From assembly GCF_036321535.1 (NCBI RefSeq), contig NC_087436.1, positions 91,514,001 through 91,578,000 on the forward strand: a DNA stretch of 64,000 bases, read 5' to 3'. A program made the translations under genes and the position numbers. Under the pieces are notes generated by a model. That model searched no databases and was not told the DNA's origin. It saw only the letters and a list, made by a program, of their open reading frames with translations. The first letter of the stretch is position 1, and each line of letters opens with the position of its first letter. The DNA is from Camelus dromedarius. Its lineage: Eukaryota. Shown here piece after piece: positions 1-12,771 of the stretch.

Positions 1-1851
1 ATCCATATTATAGATCATTAGGCATAATTTCCTAATTTCTCAGCTTCCTGTTCTTCAAGGCTCCATCAAATATATAAAAATTCATTGCCATATAATAGCA
101 TCAAAATGAGTCTCAATCTATTTTTTCTTCTTAACACCTACTCTGCTCAAATTGACAACCCACTGCTCAAGTTGAATCAGGTTGCCCTTCCTCCTTTAAC
201 ACAATCTTTATTCTTGCTAAATTTTCACCTGCAATTTTCTTCGGTATTCACCAATCAAAATGTCCTATGGAAACTCTATCTATAAAAACTTTCTTAATGA
301 GAACACAGTGATAACTAGGCAAATGTAACTTAGCAGGTAAATTGTTATGAATTCATACATCACTTAACATTGTACTGCTGGTATTGATACTAAAGCATAT
401 ACTGATCTGCACTGGAATTTTAATATTTTAATTTGAATTATTTAAAACCATCCAAAATCAAGTTTCTTGAAGGAAGGAACAGTTTATACTTCCTTTGGGG
501 TAGTGGATATTTGCTAATTTTTATTGCCTGGAAAGAATTCCTCTCCCTGAGCTTCACTGGAACCTGACTTTCATCTTGGGGTGGGTGTGGCTGTCTTGCC
601 TCAGTTAATGGAATGATCTCTCTCTTAAGCCACAGAAATAAATGCAGAGAAAGACATGGAAACCTAAATCAATCCAATCAGACTAAATCCTAGGAGTTCA
701 ATTTAAAAATTGGTGACAAGGTGATGCTCTTTTTCTTAGACAAGAATGGGAAAGAATCTGCCCTAAGAGTCATTGACAGTAAACGCAGGTCCGAAAGTAC
801 ATATATTTGGTGAGCATGAATCCTATGCTAAGGCAGAGGAGCCAAAATAGGAACGTATTGGTCCAAAGCCAGTACTAATTCTGAAGGTCCCACTCTTATT
901 TCTAAGTACTCACTTGTGGAAAATTAGATGCTGGATTAGTACAAAAAATAATTTGATACTGAACTAAGAGTTTTCTCCACTGAGATTTATTGGGTACTGC
1001 TATGTTAATTAATACTGTGATATATTAAGATACTGGGCAGTGATTTTCAAAAGCATACTTTTCGTCAATGCATAGTACTTCCTTCAAAGTTCTGTGGAAT
1101 AAAAATGTATTCCAAAGAATCAGTGAATCTAGGAAAAAATGTATTTTTGAAGATGTTTAATGGGGAAGTAAGCTCTTAAATTTAGTTTTCAATTAACTCA
1201 AAGTATAGTGTTGAAATTCTCCCTCCCTCTGTCTCTCCTCCCTCTGTCTCTCTCTCTTCCTCTCCATAAATATATTCAGAGAACTTGAAAAGAAATAGCA
1301 GATTAATATATTTGTTATGCAATTTTAATCTTTTTTTAAATTTCCCAGTTATCCATCAACATACAGGAAATCACTGATGAATCAAGACTTCATTATTTAC
1401 TGAGTCAATGGCATCTAAATTTTTGTTCTTAGAAACTTTTTAAAGTTGATTTAAGATACACTGACAGCACAATTCACTGGCAGAGGAACATTAGCAAGAG
1501 GCTTCATATCAATTCTTCTTCTAATATGATTTGGTACTTTTCAAGGGAGAACCATGCTAATTAGGATTATCATATATTTGCTCCAGTGAAGGCCAATTTT
1601 ACTTTGCTATTTCTCTTTTCCATGCAGTTTATACAAGATCAAGTTCCAAAAGTAAATTTTGCTTATAAGCAGAGCAGGTTTCCTCTCAGAAATTAACTCC
1701 ATTCTTGATCTGAAGAACTTAAACTATTTCAAAGTTATTGCAGTCTCAAGCTGATTAACTGGTAAAAGAAAATGTGTCATGGCCTTAAGAAAAACTCTTT
1801 GATAGGGCCTCTTTGTTTCTTTAAATTCTGCCTGAGCTACAAAATTTTCAG

Positions 1852-2002
1852 TAGAGGAGAATTGCATTTGTTATTGACATTACGTATGTCTCATAAAAAG
1901 ACCCATGCTGAAAAATTGGAGTCAACCATGGAACTTAAAACTTCAGAACCACAAGATGAGGCTCCACAAGAACAGAAAATTCAGAATCAGAAAATGAATT
2001 TT
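1852..2002 (+). other. Candidate exon (unverified), possibly coding MELKTSEPQDEAPQEQKIQNQKMNF
   Basis: ttttcag acceptor (AG 1850-1851), ATG in strong Kozak context (accATGg, 1928), purine-rich open frame, TTT|GTAAGG donor after 2002 (phase 0). Protein not recognised. Confidence 0.25.
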
Positions 2003-2979
2003 GTAAGGCACAAACACTCAAATAACTCTCTTTAGAATTGTAGTAAATTAGTAGGCTGCAGTAGAATCTGGCTTTCTGCCAAAAGAGCTGTTTAATGCTC
2101 CTGAAGTGATTCATTTTCATACATGAAAGAAAGCAAAGAGAACATGATTTCCAGCCTTAGAAAGATACTATCAATGCACAGAAGTTTCCACACTTTTTAA
2201 ATTAAACCTTGCACCATGCAGACACGAAAATGTATCAGTAACAAAGATCTAATCTTTTAGAAGAATTTTGGATGACATGGGAGGAAAAGCCTGGTTAAAG
2301 TGGTGCTTCATTGAAAGGGGATTACTAGTTTAATTCGAATTCCTTCTGTCCAGAAATGTAAATTTTAGTTGCTAAGTAACACTGACATTTTTTTTTGTGA
2401 ACACCCAGGATCGACTTGGAGCTAAGTCTTCCTCTGATTTCCTTTCTTCTTCTCTTTTGTCTACCTAATGAAATCAATCATTTTATGTTAAAAAAAAAAA
2501 AACTAAAAAAAAAAAATCTTTATATACATGGTGTTATCGTTAAGTTTGGTGAAATACATTCTTAGAAATGACCTAACTAAAAGAAAGAAAAAGACTACTT
2601 CTGTGGCATAATATACTTTTTTTTTTATCATATCGAATTTAAAAAAAAAGCCTGTGCAACATTAAAAAATGTTTTCAGTTTTATGTGTCACTGTTTAACA
2701 TGTCACTGGAGTTATGCTTAATTATTTTGGACACCTATTTCCATATTAGAATTTAATATAACCTCTAGCTCTTACTTATTGGGTTTATTTATTTATGTTT
2801 TAGTCCCTGAGTCCCAAGACCTTTATTCCCTTACCTCCAAGTGTATTAATTCAATGTTTTTACTACAGTGAATTATTACCGCCCTTTTGCTTCTCAAAGT
2901 TCCGTTTTATCTCCTGGGTGATGGCCCTTATTTATAAAGCTTTGTTTTTCTTCTCATATGTTTTCAAACAGTCCGACTT

Positions 2980-3130
2980 TATCTCTGCATGTTCCAGTTT
3001 CTTCTTCTGCAAAAATAAATACAATAATCGCCTCACAGAGCTGATGCAAGTTTCACATGAAGGCACATAAATTGTCTAGCACAGGGCCAAGCACAAGGTA
3101 AGTATTCTATAAAAATGTATACTATTATTT
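2980..3130 (+). mobile_element. MIR SINE fragment (3' half)
   Basis: cagtttcttcttctgcaaaa...cctcacagagctgatg...ctagcacagggccaagcacaaggtaag resembles the MIR core and tail. Confidence 0.65.
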
Positions 3131-3411
3131 TTAATATCAGGTTTTGGAAGATTATTTGAGACTTGTATCTCCAACCAAAGAATAAAGTAGCATCTGATAC
3201 TCTATGAAAATGAGCTGACCTATTTGTTTTTAAATAACCAAAACTTACTATTGAGTCAATTTTTAAAAATTTATTTTAAATTGGAGACTTTCTAAAATGT
3301 ACCATATATATTTTTTTCTTTCTAAGTCAAATAGGATATATAATTAAATAAATGTAATTGTTCTTGATGATGAAGTCTTTTATGAGGAGTAGAAATTATG
3401 AGTATCTTTAG

Positions 3412-3620
3412 TAGTTGCTTACTACATGCCATACCTTATACTAAACGCTTTGCACAAGTTTTCTCACTTAATCTTCCTCAAAAGCATACAAGTTAGGTAT
3501 AAAAATACATTTGTTGACAACATAACTGAAGGTCAGAAAAGTTAAGAAATTGCTCAAGGTCAGAGACAGGGAGTAAATAGCATAGAAACATTTTAAATCC
3601 AGATTTGTCGAATTTGAAAA
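3412..3620 (-). mobile_element. MIR SINE
   Basis: cttactacatgcc...cacttaatcttc...aactgaaggtcagaaaagttaagaaattgctcaaggtcaga is a reverse-orientation MIR core. Confidence 0.75.
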
Positions 3621-4007
3621 CTTGTCGGTTTGATTATTATGAGTAACATTTGTTAAAATTTGAAATAAAAAGTAAATGCTATTATTTTCATGACATTTTT
3701 CACAAAGTGCTATCATGGACACGAGTTTTTGTGGACAGGCAAGTAGAATTATGCTTGCTTCATTTGCATAACGGGAACATTTGCAGGTAAAAGCGTATAT
3801 GTCTGGGCAAAAGTAAACAGTAACTGGTAGATACATTGTTGTTTTTTCTAGTATAATATGTAGTCCAAACAAGAGGTAGAATGTGTTAGGATATGTGGAT
3901 CCAGTTTTCACTGAAGCCAATGAGAAGCAGGGTAATTCTGAATTAAACTGATTCTTACTTGGTGCCTATTCTTGGTGGAAAAACTAATTGTAAACTTAGA
4001 CTGTATT

Positions 4008-4031
4008 GATAGATAGATAGATAGATAGATA
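4008..4031. repeat. (GATA)6 microsatellite
   Basis: Direct reading. Confidence 0.95.
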
Positions 4032-4259
4032 TCAATATTATGTATATAAAGTTTGTTTTGTTTTTAATTTTTTTTTACATAAAACTATATATACATATAG
4101 TTTGGGTTAAGGAAGTCCTCTGTTCCAACATACTGAAAATAGTATTTACTGTTGACGGTAAGATTTGCAATAGGACACAGACAATGAAGACGTAACGAGA
4201 GCAGGGTGAACAATATAATCAAATGTTTGTAGCTCCTGTTATTGAAGAATGTTGTCTGG

Positions 4260-4490
4260 TGTTGAAGACAGCTTAAGAGAAGTTGGCACTATGATTTTCA
4301 CTTTCACGTATTTGAAAATCTGAAACCTGGAAGAGGAATTGGAATTTGTGTTCCATAGAGCTACAGAAAATGAGTTGGAATAATTGAATGGAGACAGTTT
4401 GATTTCAGTATAAAAAAGAGAGGCCTGGCAGAGCTATTCAGCAATGTAATGAGTTGCTTATATGATTAGGAGAGTTTCATCCCTCAAATG
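4260..4490 (+). mobile_element. L3/CR1 LINE 3' fragment
   Basis: tatttgaaaatctgaaacctggaagaggaattggaatttgtgttcc...agagctattcagcaatgtaatgagttgct resembles the L3 3' region. Confidence 0.6.
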
Positions 4491-5200
4491 CTTTGTCTTC
4501 TCAGTAAAATATGTTTTAGGTTATATAAAACGTAATAGTGTATAAGATGTATGCTTAGGTGACAGTTTGATTTATTTATTTTTATCCTAAACATCAAATA
4601 TGTGTTCATTACGCTCAGCTGTCAAATCCCTGTAGAAATGGAAGGTAGGTAGGTATAGCACATTAATGAAATCTATAGCAAATCCCCAAATCTCATTTGA
4701 ACAATTAAATTCCAACCTCCTTCTTTTATCAGGGTCTTCCTGGAGTTGTTAGCAAGCAGTCCTACCAAATCGATTTACTTTTTAGAGCATCTTCATTTTC
4801 TGGTTTAAGCAAGGATGTGGGGGAGGCAGGGAATAAATAAGCAACAGGAGAGAAAGACACCTCAGGTTTTTAGATGATTTTTTTAAAGGGTTAATTTGTT
4901 TGTATATTGACTCTCCATCATACAGAGTCTACATTTTCATATTTTCTCTGTTGTTAGATATTTGCAAAGATTCAGTGAAATTATTTTACCCGTTTTCCGC
5001 TTTGAAAACGACTCTCCTTTTCTTTCATCTTTCCCTCCTCTGAATATTCTCCTAGTTTTTCGTGCCACTATTCCTAAGCAAGTGACCTCAGGCAATAAGA
5101 AAATTGCCAATTCTTTTATAAAGGAACAATGTTAATTTCCATACTTACAAATTAACTTTCATTTGTATAGCTTTGTCTTGAGTTGAATCCTATTTTGTAC

Positions 5201-5362
5201 CATGGTCTCTCAATGGGTGGTTCCAGGGCCACAGTCTTGCCATCACCTGCTTGTTAGAAGTGCAGGAACTTCAAGGCCCATCTCAGAATTTACTGAATCC
5301 AAATCTAAATTTTTAATAAGATTTCAAAATGATTTCATTTGACACTAAAGTTTGAGAGGCTA
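5201..5362 (+). mobile_element. MER5A-like hAT-Charlie MITE
   Basis: ggtctctcaa...catcacctg...cttgttagaagtgcag...tactgaatc...ctaaagtttgagagg matches the MER5A layout with degenerate terminal inverted repeats. Confidence 0.8.
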
Positions 5363-5440
5363 ATAAATGCCTATCCTCAGGTCCTTTCAAGTCTTCCAAA
5401 GCTTCAGTTTTCACCTATATGCTGATTTGTCTGTTTACTT

Positions 5441-5585
5441 CATTCATTCTTTCATCAGAGAAATATTTTTTGAGGACCTATTATGTTCACTATTCTAAAT
5501 GTTAGACATACAGCAGTTAAAAATATTTACAAGACCTTGACCCTCTAGTAACCTATTATAGCAATGAACAAACAAAATAATTTCA
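5441..5585 (-). mobile_element. L2 LINE 3' end
   Basis: cattcattc...aaatatttt...gacctattatg...atacagcagt is the reverse complement of the L2 tail. Confidence 0.65.
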
Positions 5586-6735
5586 GATGTATGTTGACAA
5601 ATACTTATCCAAGTCTGTGGTTTATCTTTCCAGTTACTTAATACCCTTTTTTTTTTTTGAAAAGCAGCAAAAGTTTTAAATTTTGATGAAGCCCAGCTTA
5701 CCAAATTGTTCTTTTACAGAATGCGCTGTAGTGCTGTAAGAAATCTTTGCCTAATCCAACATAATAAAATTTTATTTCTCTTAGGAATTGTAGTTTTGAA
5801 TTTTATGTTTATTTCTATGATTCATTTTGAATTATTTTTGTTTAAGATGTGAAGATGCATGGGAGTTCAGGTATTGATTTGTATCTGAATATCCAATTAA
5901 TTCAACACTATTTGTTGAAAAGACACTTTCTATACTGAATTAATTGCCTTTGAACTTCTGTTGGAAATTAGTTGTCCATAAATGTATGGGTCTATATTTG
6001 GACTCTCTATTCTGTTCCTTTGATCTTTTTCACTCCTTTTACACCAGTATTGGATTCTTTTGATCACTGCAGTTTTATAATAACCAGGCCACTGTTCATG
6101 GAGTCAGGAGCGTTAGTCTTCCAACTTTGTTCTTCTTTTTTCAAGAAAAAGATATTTTTGTTTTAGCTGTTCCAGGCCCTGAGCATTTCAGATTTTAAAA
6201 TCAGCTTGTTGGTTTCTACTAAAAAAAAAAAAAAAAAAAAAGGAAAACCTGTAGGAATTTTGATTGGTATTGTGTTGATTCCACACATCAACTTGGGGGA
6301 GAATTTGTATGTGAACAATATTGAGTCTTCTGACTCATGAACAAGGTATATCTCTCCATGTATGTAAGACTTCTTTAATTTCTCCCTGCAATGATTTGTA
6401 GTTTTTATTGTATAAGTCTTGCACATATTTGGCAGATTTATATGTAAGTATTTCATATATTTTTATGTCAGTGTAAATGGCATTGTTTTTACTTTCATTT
6501 TCTGATAGTTTATTAGCAGTATATAAAAATGCATTTCATGTTTATATTGATTTTTGCATTCTGCTTAACTCATTAATTTGTTCTATAAGCTATTTTTGTG
6601 GGTCCATCAGATTTTCCACACAGACGATCATGTCTTCTTCAAATAAAGAGTTTCACTTCTCCCTTTTCTAACTGGTGCCGCATCTCTTTCTTTCATTTGT
6701 GCATGATGGCACTGACTAGAATCTCCAATACAATG

Positions 6736-6737
<2 letters not shown>
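5586..6737 (-). mobile_element. L1M ORF2 fragment (inverted part of a rearranged L1)
   Basis: Minus strand reads NIVLEILVSAI (~6737), EDMIVCVENL, KYLHINL...INTIPIKIPTGF (ORF 6163-6456) and WKDKPQTWISICQHTSE (~5590). These are decayed L1 ORF2 RT and downstream motifs with stops and frameshifts. Confidence 0.9.
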
Positions 6738-6740
<3 letters not shown>

Positions 6741-6798
<58 letters not shown>

Positions 6799-6864
6799 TT
6801 ATTTATTTATTTATTTATATAAACATATATATAGTTATATATATATATATACACACACACACAT
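6741..6864. repeat. (AT)24 plus (TTTA)n/(AT)n/(AC)n compound microsatellite
   Basis: Direct reading; pure AT run 6741-6788. Confidence 0.95.
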
Positions 6865-6869
6865 GTTAT

Positions 6870-7882
6870 TAAAACTCACTAGTAAAAGAACAATCAAAAC
6901 AATTAAAAAATGGGCAAAAGACTTGAACATTTCATTAAAAGTGATATTTAGATGGCATATAAGCATGTGAGAAGATGCTCAGTATCGCTAGACATTTGGG
7001 AAGTGCAAGTTAATACAGTGAGCCCTCACTGCCGACCTATCACATGGCTACGACTGAAACAACTGACCCTGCTCAGCATTGGCGAGGATGTAGAGGAACT
7101 GAACACCTGAGACATGACTGTTGGGAATACAAAGTGGTACAATCATTGGAAAATTGGACATTTTCTTTCAAAAGCTCAAATGCACCCACCGTGTTACTCA
7201 GACATCCTGCTTGTTGGTATTTACCGAGAGAATAGAAAGCATATGATCAGACAAATCCTTTAAATGAATGTTCAGAGCAGCATTATTTGTAATAGTCCCA
7301 AACTGGAAAGAAACAAATGTTTATCAACAAGTGCTGGGCTGCAAACCATAATATATCAATACAGTGGAATACTACTCAGCAAAAAAGTCACAAACTATTG
7401 GTACATGTGGGAAAGTGAATGAATCTCAAAGTAATTATCACCAAGTGAAAGAAGTCTCAGACAAAAGGGAGTGCACACTGCTTGATGCTATGTGTATGAA
7501 AGTAAACTGCTAACAGGAAGGAAGGAGGATCTGGAGAGGGTATTACTGAGTGGCAGGAAGAAACTTTTGGGAATGATAGAGATGTTTATTATCTTGATTG
7601 AGGTGATGGATTTTATATATATATATAAACACACATATATATATATATCATACTCACCCATATATATACTTTTCAAGTTCACAATTTGAGGTTTGATATA
7701 TTAAACCATATATATTCATATGAAACTAAAGATATAAAACTATATGTATATATGTTCATATATGTGCACACATACTGTATAAATGTGTACACATATACAT
7801 GTATCTATATATACATGTATGTTTCATATATATGTCACACATCAAATTGTAAACTTCAAATATGGGCAGTTTTATAATAAAA
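6870..7882 (+). mobile_element. L1M ORF2 C-terminus and 3' UTR (forward part), with TA-rich expansion 7614-7840
   Basis: aattaaaaaatgggcaaaagacttgaac (IKKWAKDLN), ggcgaggatgtagaggaactg, aatacagtggaatactactcagc and terminal atcaaattgtaaacttcaaatatgggcagttt are old L1M 3' landmarks. Confidence 0.9.
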
Positions 7883-8069
7883 ATATTCTCATCATTAGAT
7901 GACATAATACAGACTAATAGATTTAGGGGAGCAGGAAATGCTTGGTCAGTGATTAACCATTTTGCTAAATCTGAACAAATATTTTGCTATAGAGTCCATT
8001 TGGGTCTCCTGAGCCTCAGCACTATTACCAAGTGGATATGTCCCTTTTTGACGTTACCGCATGATTTAT

Positions 8070-8920
8070 AACTTATGTTCAAATGTGCCCATCATCTTTC
8101 CCAAAGAACTCTGATTTCTCCATAGTATCTCACTCAGAGTAATGTCTATCATTTGAATTGCTCACACCTTCATGTTGCCGTACTACACTTAGGCTAAGCA
8201 GTAAATGTTACTTGAGGAGGGGACGGAGGACTTCCTAAGTTATCCTGGAATTTCCTCATTCTCACTCACCCTACATTGAATCAATCACAAAGTTCTGTTG
8301 ATTTTACTCTGTAATGTCCTTCAAATGTGCACACTACTCTCCTGCCACTTTCCATTCCCTTAGCTCAGAATTCTTTCCTTCCTATGTTACAGTGCCAGCT
8401 TCCTAGCTAATATCCTCATCTCCTATTTTTTAGCCTCTGCAATCAACTTTCTGCCCTGAAGCCATAAGGATCTTTCCTAATCTATGAATCCCATCATCTC
8501 AAGAGCCAAGAACAGTGCTCAGTACATGATAGGCACACAGCAATTATTTACTGAATGAAAGACAAGGTGAGTGCCATTCTTCAGGTTAAAATTCTTCTAT
8601 AGCTTAGTATTGCACTCAGGTTAAAATTAAAAATTGTTAAGCACAATCCAATAGGTCCTCCAGTCTAATTTCTCCCACCACTCCTGTCTAAAGCTGACCG
8701 CTATTTTGAACGAAAGCACTTCCTGAATGCACCCACTTTCATTTGCCTCTGGACTTTGCCCTTGTTACTCTAACTCCCTGTGATGTGTTTTCCCTCTTCT
8801 TTAATTGTTTCCTCCACTTATATTTCAGAACTCAGCTAAGAACTCTTGTCCAGGGAAATTCTTCTGTCCTTACTCACTGCTCAGACTGTTTAAATTCTCT
8901 TACGTGTTCCCAGGACACCT
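8070..8920 (+). mobile_element. L2 LINE fragments (includes a short nested L2 tail at ~8500-8560)
   Basis: Pyrimidine-rich L2 body (aatcaatcacaaagttctgttgattttactc...) and tail motif aacagtgctcagtacatgataggcacac...actgaatgaa. Confidence 0.65.
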
Positions 8921-9420
8921 GAGAACAGAGACCCCGATCCTGGTAGTTGATAAATCCCTGATTACATAAATCTCACAGAATGAAAATGCTACGCCTTGTT
9001 TATTGCTCTGCTGGACAGAACACTGGACAGCCCCTGAACCATGGTGGGTATTGTGTTAAAAGTTTTTTTTTTTTTTTTAATGAAGAATTGGATTCTTTTT
9101 ATCCATTCTGTAATCTCTCTAGGAAGACTAGTAGAAGAGAACAAGTTTGGGTTTGAGAAAAAATGTGTTTTATATTTGTCTATGGATCATAAAATCTCAG
9201 CTATTATAAATGAAAGGGAGCATCTAATAGTCCAGTGGTCTGATTGTGAAGGTGAGGCAACTAAGGCTGAGAAAGTTAATTGACCTAGACTTGGAATTAT
9301 ATCGGTTTTGTAGTATTGTTCATTCCGTTGTTTTAAACTATTATTCATTCTTTCATTTATTCATTCATTCATATATTCAATCATCAAAGTGCAAATTCTA
9401 TTCATTATCTGTTAATTCTT

Positions 9421-9640
9421 TATAGTATAATGCCCAAGAACACAGATTCTGGACCCAAACTGCCTGGGTTCGCTCCTGGTTCTACTACGTAATGCCATGT
9501 GACCTGGAACGCATTGTTTGACCTCTGAGGTTTCTTTTTTATTTGCTATGGGTCTGATAGTGGGTAACATAGAGACCTTACAGGTCGCTAAAGGGCACTA
9601 GATGCTTTTGATGTAAGTTACGCGTCTAACATGGCAGGTA
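9421..9640 (+). mobile_element. MIR SINE
   Basis: aagaacacagattctggacccaaactgcctgggttcgctcctggttctactac...tgtgacctgg is the MIR tRNA-derived head. Confidence 0.8.
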
Positions 9641-10862
9641 TTATATAAAAAGGTGCTCCATTTGATACTTAGGTGCAGACAATCACCTTTCATACATTTC
9701 ACATTTTTTCCCATTCTTTCCATTTATTCTCTCTTTAGATATAAAAACTGAGGCTAGCAAAACATGTGTATAGGATCTAAAGGAGGAATTTTCAGCTGAG
9801 TGAATTCAAATCCTCCGTACGCACCAGGGGTAGAATGATATAATCAAATGAGAAAGACTGTTAGTAGAAAAGCTCATCCAAGCCTTTTTCTCCATAAAAA
9901 CCTGTGAATATAATAAATGACGCTTTCACAGCTGAAAATCAGCAGGCATTATAAACACTTACAAAGTGGGTTAAGAAAATGTTTTTCTTCTTATGGGAGC
10001 TGCAGTTTAAAAGGCCTAATGATGCAAATTATAATAAGTAGCTAGTAAATGTTTCATCAAAAACACTGACCCGCAGTCTAAGCAGGTGCTCATTAAATGT
10101 AGTAGATTTTACTCTTAATGGCCATTTACCCCCTTGTAATATCTACATATGTAGTAAAGGAAGAGATATCATTAAACATTTTGCTGGAGAAACTCATAAG
10201 ACTGTGAAAACTAATGTTAATGCTGTGGGAAAATGTTTTAATTTCTCAGGCATGAATACTGAAAGTTAAGCCTTTTATACGCATACATTTGAACCACAAA
10301 ATGATATGAAGAGAATGCCATTTTTACACAAAGTATTTAAAAGCTCTAACATTCTATAATTTTAAAAATGTTTTTATGAATATTTGATTAGACAATGGAC
10401 ATCTTGGAAGCAACTGATATCTCAATTATTCTTTCCCTTTATTTATTTAAGAATTATAGCACAAATTCTTCCAAAAAAGAACGTACAAACTGAGTTAAAT
10501 TTCATCATGCTTAATGTAGACAAAAATTAAGTGCTTTTAAAAAATAAGTAATGTATTTACTTGGTTAACAAATGAAATAATGTACAACTGTTGAAAGTGA
10601 AAATCTTCATTCTCAACACTGTCCCCTCTCACTCCACTACTTAAGTACCTAACTTTATTAATGTCTCTGTTTCCAAGGAAATACGACCATAAAGAATCAA
10701 CTATTTCTTCCATTTCTTTCACAAAAGTTAACATGATATGTGCATTGTCTGCATTTCTTGTGTTTCTTTTTTTGCTTGATTTAGATTGAGTAATAGGAAC
10801 CAAATAAAATTGCCCAAGTACTATTACATTTAACTCACAAATTTCTTAATGGTCCGACTGAA

Positions 10863-11137
10863 TACCTTGGACATCTACTTACATTAGCACATGGAGAGTT
10901 TCCTTATTTTTTTCCTTCATATTTTTAACAGTTGCAGGCATTCTGTTGTGTGGATATTTCATAGTTGACTTAATCAGTCCTATATTCATGAACACTGGGT
11001 TGTTACCCATCCTTTGGAATTATAAATAAAAATCAACTAATAAACTCTCAAATGCATTTTAATCACATGCAATAATATCTGTGGGATGTAGTCCTAGAAG
11101 TGGAGTTCTGGGTAAGTATATTCATCATTTTGATAGA
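10863..11137 (-). mobile_element. L1ME-type 3' fragment
   Basis: ttttaacagttgcaggcattctgttgtgtggatatttcatag...tcctagaagtggagttctgggt is a reverse old L1 3' region. Confidence 0.75.
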
Positions 11138-12069
11138 AAAAGATAAGATTATTTTAAGTTTCCCTATCAATTGTTAACTAAAGAGTGAAAAACTGAAGCT
11201 GCAGCACCACTGAGCCTCCTCTCCCTGGCCAGCCCTTCCCACTCTTGTGTGGGGACCTTCCAGGTGGAGCTGGAAGTCTCTAGGTTATGCTTTATTTGGC
11301 CTGACATATTGTGAAAGTCTTTTCTTGAAAAGCTGCTAAAATTTCTGATAACTTTTCCCTTCACGTCTCTGGTCTAAAATGAAACTTTTCTAAATGACTG
11401 AGACATTTTCATCGGGGAATAGTTCATCAGAGAGAGTATTCTTCCTACTCAGGACACACAGGAACTCAAGCATCAAGAAGTGCCATCTAAATTAGGCGTT
11501 TGGGGACCTGCTTTTAGCAGTTGAGGGAAATCAGAGATTAGAATATCTTTGTTTACATATAAAATGGCACGTCAAAAATCTGTTAACTATGTTTATATTG
11601 TCAATTTTAAAGTCAAGCCATTTCCCCTAGGTAATGATGAGTTCCTTTTAAATTATCACCAATTCTGACTAAATGAGGTTCAAATGAATAACTTTTATTC
11701 GAGGAGCAGTCAAATGATATACCACCTACACTATCCCCACATTGACTCCTGACACGTGTGTGTCTTCAATTTACCAGTTCTATCGCATGAGATTCCAAGA
11801 GATTTACTTTTATTTGAAATGGTGACCTTTTTTTTTTTTTTCCCCATCTAATAATGGGTAGGTATTTCATTTATTTTTATCCCCTATCATCTTCCACACA
11901 AAGAATTGTTGCTAACATATTCATAAATAAAACAGAAAATAATTTACAAGGTATTAAATTATAATTCCAGAAAAATAAACCCTCTTCATACTACAAAGAC
12001 TCAAGAAATTAGACTTTTTCAAGCTTGTCGCTCTATGGATGCTTCAATAACTTAGTTCGGGAGAGTGAC

Positions 12070-12290
12070 ATTTACAGCCCAGGTATCCATGTTTTAATCC
12101 TACATCCTTGAAGGAAGGGTTGAAAATAAAAAAGTAAAACTTATGCCAATCGTCTTGTAAGAAGGTTTCCTGGAATCTGTGACATAGTAACTTCCACCTA
12201 CCTCCCACTGACCAGAACTTAACCTTTTGGCCATGCTAACAAAAAGGGAGGCTGAGAAATGTAGGATTTTGTTGAATAGCCATTTTCCAA
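12070..12290 (-). mobile_element. MLT1 (MaLR) LTR fragment
   Basis: cactgaccagaacttaacc...ggccatgctaacaaaaagggaggctgagaaatgtag resembles a reverse MLT1H/J 5' part. Confidence 0.6.
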
Positions 12291-12771
12291 TAATTGAATT
12301 AAGAGGTAAACCAATATTGGGGGCAACAGCAATTTCTTCCATGCCCTTATACAGTTCTTGAGAAAATATTACATATACATAACTGTTTATTAAAGCCAGC
12401 TTTAATCCTGGAAGACGGCATCTCAGAGTAATCATATAATCCTAAACAGAACAAGTATCTCTTCCAAAATGAAATGTTGTCTGGCTAGCAGGGAAGGAAA
12501 AAACAAGGTGAAAATATTGAAAAGAAAGAAACTCATGAGAGCATCAAAAATTAACACATTTGATTTGACAAATTCTTCGAGTCCAGGAAGATTTTCCATT
12601 AACAAAAGAGCTCTACTGGGAGACACATGGCAAGATTAAACACATCTTCTTCTTTGATTCCTGCCACTGTGAACTCATCAGGAAAACTTGCCAACGTTAC
12701 ACAAGGTTTTGAGTATTTAGGTTCTGCTCTTGGTCTCCACACTTTCAGACTACAATTCCCACAAAAATCAA

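Noticed and set aside
3468..3920. Longest ORF in the track (150 aa, minus strand)
   Set aside because: Starts at a non-ATG codon, overlaps a MIR, has F/L/I-rich composition typical of AT-rich non-coding DNA, and shows no recognisable domain
6598..6822. ORF with YIYIYI run (also 7488-7877 and 51962-52144)
   Set aside because: Translation of TA microsatellites
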